DNA of 64,000 bases from a virus. Positions 38,601-46,953 of the stretch are shown piece after piece. Both the position numbers and the translations under genes were made by a program. How positions within the stretch are numbered: the stretch's first letter is position 1; each line of letters opens with the position of its first letter. Below the pieces are notes generated by a model that was not told where the DNA came from, did no database searches, and saw only the letters and a list, made by a program, of their open reading frames with translations. The stretch is from the IMG/VR virus record IMGVR_UViG_3300030098_005028, positions 1 through 64,000 of that record; one strand, given 5' to 3'.

Positions 38601-40581
38601 GGAAGTAGCCGTACCCGTAAAGAGCAACAAAATTTCATATGGGCCTTGGTACAGTCAACCATTTGTTAATGGTAAAACCAGATACGAAAGAGATACAAAT
38701 TTCAACCCTTGGAACTACAATGATTGTGATGTAATGGTTCGTGCGGGTGACATTAAGGTAGCAACTGCCGTTACCCAATTACAAGTTGATGAATTTGGAA
38801 GTACTTCTATTCCCGGCCCACCAAGATTAAACTTAGGTGATCGTGCTGGTGTCATAGCAAGCCTACAACAAAATGGCCCAGTTGTAACTAATATCTCTTT
38901 TAATGTATCTAACTCTGGAATAAAAACCTCATATTCATTTAAAACATACAGTCCTTCATGGGCAGGTATGGCAAAGCAATTTTTGGATGCACTCCAAAGA
39001 AGAGCAGAAGGTCAACAAAAATTAGCATCTCAATTTAGGTTTGAGATGAAGAGGGCGCTCAAAAAATTTGGACAATATATTCGTCCTGCTAATTGGGGCA
39101 AGTGGGGGATGAATCCTCAAGGAGTCGTTTTCGATCCCGGATCTCCTCATACACTGCTGATGGGATTCATTAAAAATAGTGGTGCGGGTGATGCTTTACC
39201 TTTAACTTCTGACGCTTGGTTTGTTGATACCGCCTCTGCCATGTTCAATGTTGGAAATCAAAGTCTTTATCCAAATCTTGCTGGATTTTCATTAGAAGGG
39301 ATGTGGAGAGCAGCAGGTACCTCAGATGCAACTGGTGGCAGTTTTCCTAAGATGGAAGACACGCAGGCTGAGTTTCGAGGTAGTGCTGGACTAAAGTTTA
39401 AGAGTAGCGATCCATGTCCTAAATACTTCTCAAAAGCCCCTTCTCCTCCTGTTAGAGGCGAAGACCATCATGCGATTACAAGTAAAACTTTGAATCCATT
39501 TATAGACAACCCACTAGCTTTAAGAGAGCCTTATGAACTAGCCGACAATGGTCTTGGCCATGATATTTCGTATATTATTCGTGGAGAAGCACAACCTCAG
39601 AATCTTTCTGTTTTTATCCAGCCTACAGATGCTATGGGTGGTTGGAACGGAACGGCTCATACAACAGGAGATTACTCAGACAATAATTACAGAATAATGG
39701 CACTTCGTGGCCCAATGGTGCTTGCTGGATGGGGTTTTGATACTTATGGAAAACCTGTTCCTTCAGATGATGGGTGCAAATTTATTGACAATTGGTTGAG
39801 AAAACCTGACAAATGGAAAGTTGGGCCAGTTGATCTTAGATGGGATGATGACAGGAAAGTATGGACATCTCCTCCTAGTTTCCAAATGATGTATGGTGTT
39901 ATTGATGGTGGTGAAGGTGGTGACTGTAAGTGTTTTATCCTTCCTCCTTCCGAAGACTCGTCATGTAAAGTACGGCTTTCCAACCCTGCACCCGATGATA
40001 AAAGAGTAGACAAGGATTGTAATGAGGCAGAAGACAGTGGTTGTGGTGCTGACGTGAACAATAAGATGATAGTTGCATACAACGCAACTAATAAGCCTAT
40101 TACTAACGATTCACAAGTAGTAGTATATTTTGATCCTGCAAATTTAAGATACTATATCATTAGCGCACCAGAACCTATATTCTCAGCAAGCATAACCGAA
40201 GATGGTGTAGATGGTAAGAGTTGTGGAACCATCCCCGGTTCTTATAAAACCGAGGGTTTAGTAAAAATTGGAGGGCAAGAGTCTGTTGGGAATTGTGAAA
40301 TTAACATGATGAATGACTTGGATCAACCTCTTTGTAATGGAACAACTTGCTATGTTTGGTTAGAAGACGAATCGACTTGCCGTATTCTTCAGGCACAATT
40401 TAAACCACTCGACGTTGTCACTTGTGTTGACTGTTACGATTACAATGGTGTTCCAACATTAGAGATATGTGACAGAAGAATTTATCTTGAATCAGCATGG
40501 TGTCAACAAGATTGTGATAATGATGATCCAACGGCGGCGGGTGACACTTGTGGATATGATGGAGGCTTGTTCGATTGTTAA
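35677..40581 (+). CDS. Large tail-tip/hub protein
   Basis: 1634 aa; VTIDTAGTGY...ITITDKGSY..APT module near the N-terminus; Cys-rich C-terminus. Confidence 0.6.
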   Translation: MGLRPIHPRDALDGRVDRGWIVDGAWNPLGREIDSKVETQGEQVSGVTIDTAGTGYAIGDVVDFSSSGTTRSASAFVSDVGENGEITEITITDKGSYSKAPTASVTGSSGEGGTLSVDTERLALDTKKSFYSAGLVRQEPVSQPQNRSNFDYCEQADETAEHTLFLGASISQFSSSAGWNSSVSTLNVTLVEDDCCVSPIVDSVTGAPIRVTTASGAINVDLNTLSLVSSTFRAEEKTDDGNRVTVTDSGGVTVTGYVVDGQLYPTVKVYYNNIQEKMHWVGKDRFNPPPIGNPVHFRYQDFIFNGIIKNWSQERTTSGTTYKVKIEDPREVLKGCQLILDNYDGGVKDCPNLVNPYGLLEHHGGQCIDHELFGQVCFPGMYCPSGEFEGDIDCGVDYAGRTENTGFGGSGINSGGVTFFYLWLAIDYLCNNPLETNYFPQFGGPPVLREDPDGKPIEYLVDLLALTETELFQDYYRVGGDTRSLDDLINRVCNDAALQYLVTMRFVDYFEVDPEDDGKIWGWPDKNLFPQIQVWTYDIFTQPSAPIKVDVYDQITHPPKGCADEDLDQIKTIDDRLAEGDIATILGPDPEVESLSRGLELRNEPCNYFLVGDNFNPVIQSPQYRTVPYWGSFDQTIYVDGAPKQTRMTAAPYFSMQGGAGSVYWPTIGDLSIFDGVMLPADSWGIPGLSMWFATVGEIRSAMAGFTQWQTWQYWIGDEARQKSICGFNMPIGYRNAAQVEAWRVGFFHQFPWGPFGLSRAMHSINTGSAVMSAVGGYLADIRANPQYAQMVFEQIQNLGNENYGKKWLIRLPDMCLTGEPETLHVRMNWEVMSTGWQDDMCIGLSEPELMFFRDEQNKLESFARFSEMQAMPDGFPVGSRRVFNHDFQPGDYLYDSLTQQLWCRGRVDAEPIYNMELGLWYALFELDSSVRNVSMGVYSFLDHVFLNQAMYLGNLDATAKHLSFAMPNPAIKPLEVAVPVKSNKISYGPWYSQPFVNGKTRYERDTNFNPWNYNDCDVMVRAGDIKVATAVTQLQVDEFGSTSIPGPPRLNLGDRAGVIASLQQNGPVVTNISFNVSNSGIKTSYSFKTYSPSWAGMAKQFLDALQRRAEGQQKLASQFRFEMKRALKKFGQYIRPANWGKWGMNPQGVVFDPGSPHTLLMGFIKNSGAGDALPLTSDAWFVDTASAMFNVGNQSLYPNLAGFSLEGMWRAAGTSDATGGSFPKMEDTQAEFRGSAGLKFKSSDPCPKYFSKAPSPPVRGEDHHAITSKTLNPFIDNPLALREPYELADNGLGHDISYIIRGEAQPQNLSVFIQPTDAMGGWNGTAHTTGDYSDNNYRIMALRGPMVLAGWGFDTYGKPVPSDDGCKFIDNWLRKPDKWKVGPVDLRWDDDRKVWTSPPSFQMMYGVIDGGEGGDCKCFILPPSEDSSCKVRLSNPAPDDKRVDKDCNEAEDSGCGADVNNKMIVAYNATNKPITNDSQVVVYFDPANLRYYIISAPEPIFSASITEDGVDGKSCGTIPGSYKTEGLVKIGGQESVGNCEINMMNDLDQPLCNGTTCYVWLEDESTCRILQAQFKPLDVVTCVDCYDYNGVPTLEICDRRIYLESAWCQQDCDNDDPTAAGDTCGYDGGLFDC

Positions 40582-40582
40582 T

Positions 40583-41365
40583 ATGGGAAAAAGAATAACA
40601 GGCCCTACAAAAGTTATTGCAACTCCAAAAGACAGGCCTTCTAAAGTTATATTAGGAAATAAGATAAAAAAATGGGCGGTTGGAATTACCATAGCTCCAA
40701 GAAAAGAACAAACATATAATACAACTATTGATAGTTTCTTATCTTCTGGATGGGAAGAAATACATCTTTTTTGCGAACCAGATGTCATCGTCTCAGAAAA
40801 ACATTCTTGTCTTCCAATTACTAGAAGATCAAAAAGACACGGTGCTTGGTCTAACTGGTTTACTAGTTTGAAAGATTTGATTAATATATATCCAGATGCA
40901 GATTGCTACGGTTTAATACAAGATGATGTAGTTTTCTGTAAAGGTCTTAGAGTTTTTATGGAAGAAACTTTATGGCCTTCCGAAGACTGTGGACTATGTT
41001 CAGTTTTTGTCCCAAGTCATTACACAAGAAATGCTCCGGGTTGGTATAGGACTAATAAAGGATTCAGATTATGGATGGCACAAACATTCTTTTTTAGGCC
41101 AGAATCAGCTAGAAGTTGCATTGACTATGACTTTTGTAAAAACTGGAATAAAGAAAAACAAATTGACAATGTAGTTGGAAGATGGGCAAATGAGACAAAA
41201 CAATACCCTTATTATTTTTCTCCTTCTTTATCACAACACATAGGAGACACTTCAACCATTTGGAGTGAAGGAAACAGGGCAGCAGGAAAAAGAGCAGCGT
41301 CTGATTTCGTTGGCGAAGATTATAATTTACAGGAAAAGATGAGACTAAAAAATGCCGGGATATAA
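40583..41365 (+). CDS. GT-A glycosyltransferase within the tail module
   Basis: LIQDDVVF (DxD-like) and PSLSQHIGDTST motifs; start moved to ATG 40583. Confidence 0.7.
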   Translation: MGKRITGPTKVIATPKDRPSKVILGNKIKKWAVGITIAPRKEQTYNTTIDSFLSSGWEEIHLFCEPDVIVSEKHSCLPITRRSKRHGAWSNWFTSLKDLINIYPDADCYGLIQDDVVFCKGLRVFMEETLWPSEDCGLCSVFVPSHYTRNAPGWYRTNKGFRLWMAQTFFFRPESARSCIDYDFCKNWNKEKQIDNVVGRWANETKQYPYYFSPSLSQHIGDTSTIWSEGNRAAGKRAASDFVGEDYNLQEKMRLKNAGI

Positions 41366-42308
41366 AAGATATGGATGCCCATGTTGCAGGCCTAGCTCTA
41401 GCTCTGCCTCTAGTAGCAGTTTGTCCTCAACAGAAGATTCATCAGAATCTAGCTTCTCATCCTCATCCTCTGCCTCAACTCAATGTTGTGATTTACTCTC
41501 AACAGAACTTTATGCTAACATTCAGGTTCAACTCTATCCAAATGCCGTTGCTTGCATAAGACCTCCAAATAGAGGTGTTAGATGTTTTGTTTTTAAGTTG
41601 AGCGAAATAACACAAGCGGAGTATGAAAGCATAACTGGGTATCAAGATTGCTGTGGATCTGCCACATTTAATTATAAAAGAATTTGGCATGGAACTTTTG
41701 TTGGAAGCACAAGCCCCGTAGATGATCAGACATCTACATGTCTTGAATGTAATGATGGCTTAGGAATGATTGACAGTCATCAGAAGTGTTTGTTTGCTGG
41801 CGGTCTGGTATATACTTGTTGTTGCAATAATACGACAGATGTAGTGACTGGTGCATGTGATTCAGGAGCATTTCAGCATCTGGAGGTAATACCGGCTGCA
41901 ACCCCTATCATTTCCGGTAGCACAGCCAATTGTTGTTTTGCCACGAATGAGCAATTCTGTTCTGATCAAATATGTTTCATTGGCCCTAATTGTGGTACTG
42001 GTGGACATTGTGGAAGTAGTAATATGTTTGAGTGTTATATCGACAATGACTGCTGCGGAGGCGTTGCTGGATGTAATTGCAACGGAATGTTAGGAACCTC
42101 TTGTGTTAGGGTTGGCATTTGGACAGACAGGCCAGTCTCGGCAGCGCCAGCCTTGGCCGCTCAATGTGACGATGATACTGGGCAATGTGGTTGTTCAGGT
42201 AATGATGGCGGTGGTGGTGGAGCAGGCGCTCCTATTGCCGCCTCTGCAATTGACGCAAGAACAGGCAGACCTTTAATAGATATATTTAAGGAGATGGGGT
42301 ATGTCTGA
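41352..42308 (+). CDS. Cys-rich protein with poly-Ser linker, putative tail fibre/surface protein
   Basis: 31 Cys in 318 aa by manual count; GCPCC start; 20 Ser in a 29-aa stretch. Confidence 0.65.
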   Translation: MPGYKRYGCPCCRPSSSSASSSSLSSTEDSSESSFSSSSSASTQCCDLLSTELYANIQVQLYPNAVACIRPPNRGVRCFVFKLSEITQAEYESITGYQDCCGSATFNYKRIWHGTFVGSTSPVDDQTSTCLECNDGLGMIDSHQKCLFAGGLVYTCCCNNTTDVVTGACDSGAFQHLEVIPAATPIISGSTANCCFATNEQFCSDQICFIGPNCGTGGHCGSSNMFECYIDNDCCGGVAGCNCNGMLGTSCVRVGIWTDRPVSAAPALAAQCDDDTGQCGCSGNDGGGGGAGAPIAASAIDARTGRPLIDIFKEMGYV

Positions 42309-42720
42309 TTTTCCAGAATGTAGTCGTCGGGGGAAAATATTAGATGAGAATACATGCGAGTGTTTTTCTAATAGAATATACCATCCAATGATGGGGGTAG
42401 CCCATAAAAGCACTTGCTTAATTTGTCCATATAAAAGTATGGAAGATGATCCAGATTTGGCTAAAGTTGATCTTCCAGAAGGGCCAAGTTTAATAGACAT
42501 GGCCAAAAACTTTACAAAAGCAATAACAAAACATGCAAGAAACAAGTTTGATAAAGTATCAGATGAAGAGTATGATCAAAGAATGACCATTTGTCAATCT
42601 TGTGATTATTATGAAGACAAACGCTGTAAACAGAAAAACTGCGGATGTTTTATTACTAGAAAGGCTAGATGGGCTTCTGAAGAGTGTCCTATTAATAAAT
42701 GGCCTGAATTAAATGAATAA
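42301..42720 (+). CDS. Cys-rich metal-binding protein (DUF6171-like C-terminus)
   Basis: R..IC..C.....RC...CGC....KA.W..E.CP..KW. Confidence 0.6.
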   Translation: MSDFPECSRRGKILDENTCECFSNRIYHPMMGVAHKSTCLICPYKSMEDDPDLAKVDLPEGPSLIDMAKNFTKAITKHARNKFDKVSDEEYDQRMTICQSCDYYEDKRCKQKNCGCFITRKARWASEECPINKWPELNE

Positions 42721-42728
42721 TGGTGTAT
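42721..42728 (+). promoter_or_regulatory. Putative late promoter motif TGGTGTAT
   Basis: Immediately after a stop codon, before GGAGG and ATG 42754. Confidence 0.65.
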
Positions 42729-42753
42729 ATACACATAGATGGAGGGCTTTTAA

Positions 42754-43386
42754 ATGGCAACCTTAAAATTCTATGCTAACGAAGCTAATGAAATACCTAC
42801 TGGTTCTGGTTTAGGCTTTTATGGAGCCGCTGGATTCGGTTCATCAGTTTCTGTGGGTTCATATCAAGGTAGTACTTTTGTAACAAATTCAGCAGGTACA
42901 GTTCGTGGGCCACAGGCTGACAATATTACCTTTATGAATGCTGGAAGTGGAAAATACACATCCAGTCATTCGGGAATTGGTATAGATGCAATTCCAAACA
43001 ATAGAGCAACATTAAATATAAGATTTACTCACACAAGTGCTGTCAAAGCTCAAAATGCACAACTGAGAATATATGATAGATCTAATATTAATAATGCAGC
43101 ATCTGGTGTGACTACTAAAGTAGCAGAAATAACTCATCCTTGGTCTACCGAATCTCCTCATACAGCAGGTTCTGGAGTTAACGATGGAATATGGTACACA
43201 CCTGCTGGAAGCGGCACAGTATTCAATCTATCGCCATCACCCGGTGAAGAGGGTAAATGGGCAGGAGATGGTGCTTCTGCAAGACCAGATGATCGGCATG
43301 ATTGGTATGTTGCTATGAGCGCTTCACCAAATAGTATTGGATCAAAAAGTCAATACGGTTTGTATGTTACTCTTGAGTATCTATAA
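42754..43386 (+). CDS. Gly/Ser-rich virion protein
   Basis: Own motif and GGAGG RBS; beta-rich; repeated AGSG. Confidence 0.6.
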   Translation: MATLKFYANEANEIPTGSGLGFYGAAGFGSSVSVGSYQGSTFVTNSAGTVRGPQADNITFMNAGSGKYTSSHSGIGIDAIPNNRATLNIRFTHTSAVKAQNAQLRIYDRSNINNAASGVTTKVAEITHPWSTESPHTAGSGVNDGIWYTPAGSGTVFNLSPSPGEEGKWAGDGASARPDDRHDWYVAMSASPNSIGSKSQYGLYVTLEYL

Positions 43387-43881
43387 CCAATCGTGGTATA
43401 GGGATATGTAATCCTGTAGTAATCGTTTAAGAATTTTGGAATCTGACATAGAAAAGTTATGCCTGACTTTTGTTAGATTGTCACCTTTTTTAGACGACAT
43501 TTGAAACCCAAAAGCAGGCCCAGATTTTGTCTGGGCTTGCTTCATTTTTGCTACAGTATTTCCAGATCTGTTTTGGTGGAACAGGCTGATTTCTTCCTTA
43601 TCTCCTTCTAACAAAGATAGTATTTCCCCAATATCTGGTAATCCCATCTTCATAGTTATTGATTGTTTTGGGTCGCTCCATCCAAAAGAAGCATTCCCTG
43701 TAGATGAGTTTTGTCCAGTCTGGTTCGTGCAAACCCAAAATAGTTCGACAACCCTTTTCTTTCCCGGTGCTTCTTCACTATCGAGCGTTATCTTGACCTG
43801 AAAAGCAGATGCTGCTCCTTTAGATTCTCCGTATGGTTTATAGACTCTATATTCTTTAGGTCTGATTGTTTCTTTAGTCAT
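43381..43881 (-). CDS. Whirly-like single-stranded DNA-binding protein
   Basis: YRVYK..SKGAA, FGWSDPKQ..MGLPDIGEIL, LFHQ and a terminal helix parallel the Whirly pattern. Confidence 0.55.
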   Translation of the reverse strand: MTKETIRPKEYRVYKPYGESKGAASAFQVKITLDSEEAPGKKRVVELFWVCTNQTGQNSSTGNASFGWSDPKQSITMKMGLPDIGEILSLLEGDKEEISLFHQNRSGNTVAKMKQAQTKSGPAFGFQMSSKKGDNLTKVRHNFSMSDSKILKRLLQDYISLYHDWL

Positions 43882-44777
43882 CTATTTTCTCTCCAATTAG
43901 CATCATATGTACCAACACCAACAGGCTTTTCTGACTTGCCTTGCTGTATCTTATTAAGATGTTGAATCATCTCAGATGCTTTCGTTTTACTAACTTCTTT
44001 AATGTTTTTATATTGCTTTTCTCCACTATTAACATAGTCAAGAACATTAACATCACATCGTTCAGAAACTACATCCAAAAGGGATATCTGTTCTTCGTCA
44101 ATTTGGTCATCTGGTTTCCATATGTCACCATAGTCACTGATAACTCCATCATCAGCTAATTCCTCAGCGGCGATAACTGTTCTCAAACGAAGTATCTTCC
44201 TCAACGCCCTTGCTTCTGCTCTGGTTGTTGCTGTAGCTGTCGCATGCATATGATACGGCTCTTGTGTATTGTATTTATTTACATCTGCCGCATCTTCCTC
44301 GTGAATGATTTGCTGATACAATATATGGTTAGGCATATTATTCATAACAGTTACTATACAACAAACAGTTGAAGTACCATAGTTATTTTTACTTGGTGCT
44401 TGAATCACATTAACTTTCCTACCAACTATAGGCCCAATTAGAAGCTCAGTGACTCTCCTAAGACCATCACAAGTTGGGTGTCCATTATCCATCTCATCAT
44501 CTTGGAAATGAGTCATTACATAATCTGACCATTCAGGAGAGTCTATGTTAGGAATGACAACTGGCTCTTCTTCTGCCACATTCTGAATTTCTACATCTTC
44601 GTCTTTATTTTCGCCAACAATATCGTCTTCCATTTCTGCTTGGTCAAAGACTTCGCTTTGAGACTCTGCCAAAGCTAGTTTAGCTTTAAGAATATTCTTC
44701 TTTACATTAACTTCTTCATCCGTAAATCCATGTTCTTCTTTTAGTTTCTTTCTAAGTTCTGCAACAGTCATACTCAT
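43878..44777 (-). CDS. Rad52/Sak-like single-strand annealing protein
   Basis: GLRRV...G and ATATTRAEARALRKIL helix; adjacent to the SSB-like gene. Confidence 0.5.
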   Translation of the reverse strand: MSMTVAELRKKLKEEHGFTDEEVNVKKNILKAKLALAESQSEVFDQAEMEDDIVGENKDEDVEIQNVAEEEPVVIPNIDSPEWSDYVMTHFQDDEMDNGHPTCDGLRRVTELLIGPIVGRKVNVIQAPSKNNYGTSTVCCIVTVMNNMPNHILYQQIIHEEDAADVNKYNTQEPYHMHATATATTRAEARALRKILRLRTVIAAEELADDGVISDYGDIWKPDDQIDEEQISLLDVVSERCDVNVLDYVNSGEKQYKNIKEVSKTKASEMIQHLNKIQQGKSEKPVGVGTYDANWRENR

Positions 44778-44778
44778 C

Positions 44779-45555
44779 TTATACCTCTACCTCAATAAGT
44801 CTCTTATCTTCTTCAGGAAATTCTTTTTGTATATCAGATAACACGCCTAATACCTGAGAGAGCAGGTCTCTTTTATGTTTATTAGATACATGTTTGCTGA
44901 TATGTCGAACTCTAACAATTACAAAACCATTAGTTGTTAGTAATCCAGACTTCTGTGCGTCTGCTCTCATATTTCTTTCTAGGCTCTCTTCTCCCCATAT
45001 AGGAAAGAAGTGAGATGGGCCATCAACTTCAATTGCTGTTTTTAGTTCTGGCAGGAATAGGTCTACTTCTAGTCTTTCATTCATTATCAATCCTTTACGA
45101 TGAAATTGGACTTGGAATCCATTCTCACGCAGGCTATTGACAAGAAACTTTTCTAATCTAGAACCTTCCTTCGTGGTTCTTCTAACTGCCTCAGCAGCGG
45201 CTGATCTCAATTTGTCTTTCTGTTCTTGAGGCATATTCTCCCATTGTCTCTTGGCATTATCAACCCTCTTCTGATATTCCTCGTCACTCATGTTGCTCCA
45301 AGTATCAGATAGGGTTTCAGAAATCTTTATTTTGACTTCTTCTGATCTTGATTGCCCTTTAGTAGGATGTTTATGTCTTCCACTTTTGAGAGCCGTCCTT
45401 TGTGCTTGACTCTTATTCCTTGGTTGAATCCCAAAGTTAATAGCTGCTCTTCTTATTTTGTTTGAGTATGTCCCTAGTTCGGCAGCAATATCACGGAAGC
45501 TTCTTTTCTTTTGTATGTATTCTTCGATAAGATATTCTTTTGTTAAAGCTGGCAT
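44779..45555 (-). CDS. DUF559/Vsr-like endonuclease with HTH and NUMOD3-like segment
   Basis: SRLE, VDLFLP...AIEVDGPSH, GFVIVRV; KG..RSEEVK.KIS. Confidence 0.8.
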   Translation of the reverse strand: MPALTKEYLIEEYIQKKRSFRDIAAELGTYSNKIRRAAINFGIQPRNKSQAQRTALKSGRHKHPTKGQSRSEEVKIKISETLSDTWSNMSDEEYQKRVDNAKRQWENMPQEQKDKLRSAAAEAVRRTTKEGSRLEKFLVNSLRENGFQVQFHRKGLIMNERLEVDLFLPELKTAIEVDGPSHFFPIWGEESLERNMRADAQKSGLLTTNGFVIVRVRHISKHVSNKHKRDLLSQVLGVLSDIQKEFPEEDKRLIEVEV

Positions 45556-45556
45556 T

Positions 45557-46018
45557 TTATTCCTCGCATATTTTTAATATTGTATTTATGTCAAAATTTT
45601 CTAGAATATGATCTACTTTTCTGTTAAAAGAATTTTCTATCACAGAAGAATGATTATGACATCTAGATACTATTTTTATTTTATTATTAGAAAACAAATC
45701 AAGAACTGGATTATAGTTATGTGGCATACGCAGCCATTCTAAGTCCCAGACATAGTATATTTTTGTATTCGCTGAAGGATAAGATGCCATCTTCTTTGCT
45801 GTTGATAAAGAGGTAGCAATCATTATTCCTTCTTGACCCCAAGCCTCTGCCATTTGCATAGTTGGAAATCTAGCAAACATACAGTCTTTCTCTACATTTT
45901 CACAATAAACGGTTGGGTCTACGTTCCCTTTTCCAGCAACTTTGTTGAAATTATTTATCAAATAGTATGATAGCTGACTTGACCCAAGACTTCTTACTAA
46001 TGCTCCTATTTTTATCAT
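45557..46018 (-). CDS. Hypothetical protein, GT-B N-domain-like
   Basis: IAT..STA...KIYYVWDLEW; translationally coupled. Confidence 0.45.
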   Translation of the reverse strand: MIKIGALVRSLGSSQLSYYLINNFNKVAGKGNVDPTVYCENVEKDCMFARFPTMQMAEAWGQEGIMIATSLSTAKKMASYPSANTKIYYVWDLEWLRMPHNYNPVLDLFSNNKIKIVSRCHNHSSVIENSFNRKVDHILENFDINTILKICEE

Positions 46019-46953
46019 TTACTATATCCATTAACAAAATTGACAACTTTCTGAATTTCATTCTTAGTTAGTCTCTCATGATAGGGAAGACTCACTGTGC
46101 TATCAGACTCACTTATAGACTTCCGATAATCTCTGTTATATGGCATATGAATAGATATGTTTTTATAGAATGGCTTTTCATGACAATGTGTATAATGTAT
46201 TCCACATATTATGCCAGATTTTTTTGCTTGTTGAATAAAGTCTTTATTGCTTTTTACTCTTATTCTATATAGATGTCTACTTACATTTTGATAGCCAAAC
46301 TCTTGGTTGTATGTGGCTCTTATGTTATCAAGTATTTCATACTTTTCATTTAGCTTATTTAAGTTCTCATTTGCTATATATGCAGATAAAGAATTCCAGT
46401 GCATCTTATGCCCAGCAGAGCTATGAACTCTTTCCCAATTATTTTCAGAGTAACTCATGCCATTCAGCGTTTTTTCTCTGTAACTTTCTATTGCTTGTTT
46501 ATTATCAGAAACGATTATTCCTCCGTCACAACCGCCTACCGGCTTAGTTGGATAGAAGCTAAATATCATTTCTGCGTTTGGTTTTCCAAGGTCTCTAAAT
46601 TGATTCCTCGTAACTTCTTGGGCAGAATCAATCAATACCTTTTTGCCATCATCAATAAGAGTATATGCACTTCCTACCCAATCAACATCATCATAAAAAA
46701 TATATTTTGAGCCTGCCATTTCAAGAGCGTTAGGAACAACAGGAGGTATGCAACTAGGCACTGAAATTATTTGGTCGTAATCTTTTGTTGCTAGATATAT
46801 CAAGCTAGACGCACTGTTTGCAGAACAAGCATATTTAGCCCCGACATATTCCGCAAATTTTGTTTCAAATTCATTTACTATGTCGCCATGAAGCCAGTTT
46901 CCTAGATCACTGGTGTTTAGCTCATATTGGTTAATGTGAAACAAGTTTATCAT
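46015..46953 (-). CDS. DegT/DnrJ/EryC1/StrS sugar aminotransferase
   Basis: FE.KFAEYVGAKY, IDSAQ, FSFYPTKPVGGCDGG, VSLP. Confidence 0.9.
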   Translation of the reverse strand: MINLFHINQYELNTSDLGNWLHGDIVNEFETKFAEYVGAKYACSANSASSLIYLATKDYDQIISVPSCIPPVVPNALEMAGSKYIFYDDVDWVGSAYTLIDDGKKVLIDSAQEVTRNQFRDLGKPNAEMIFSFYPTKPVGGCDGGIIVSDNKQAIESYREKTLNGMSYSENNWERVHSSAGHKMHWNSLSAYIANENLNKLNEKYEILDNIRATYNQEFGYQNVSRHLYRIRVKSNKDFIQQAKKSGIICGIHYTHCHEKPFYKNISIHMPYNRDYRKSISESDSTVSLPYHERLTKNEIQKVVNFVNGYSK

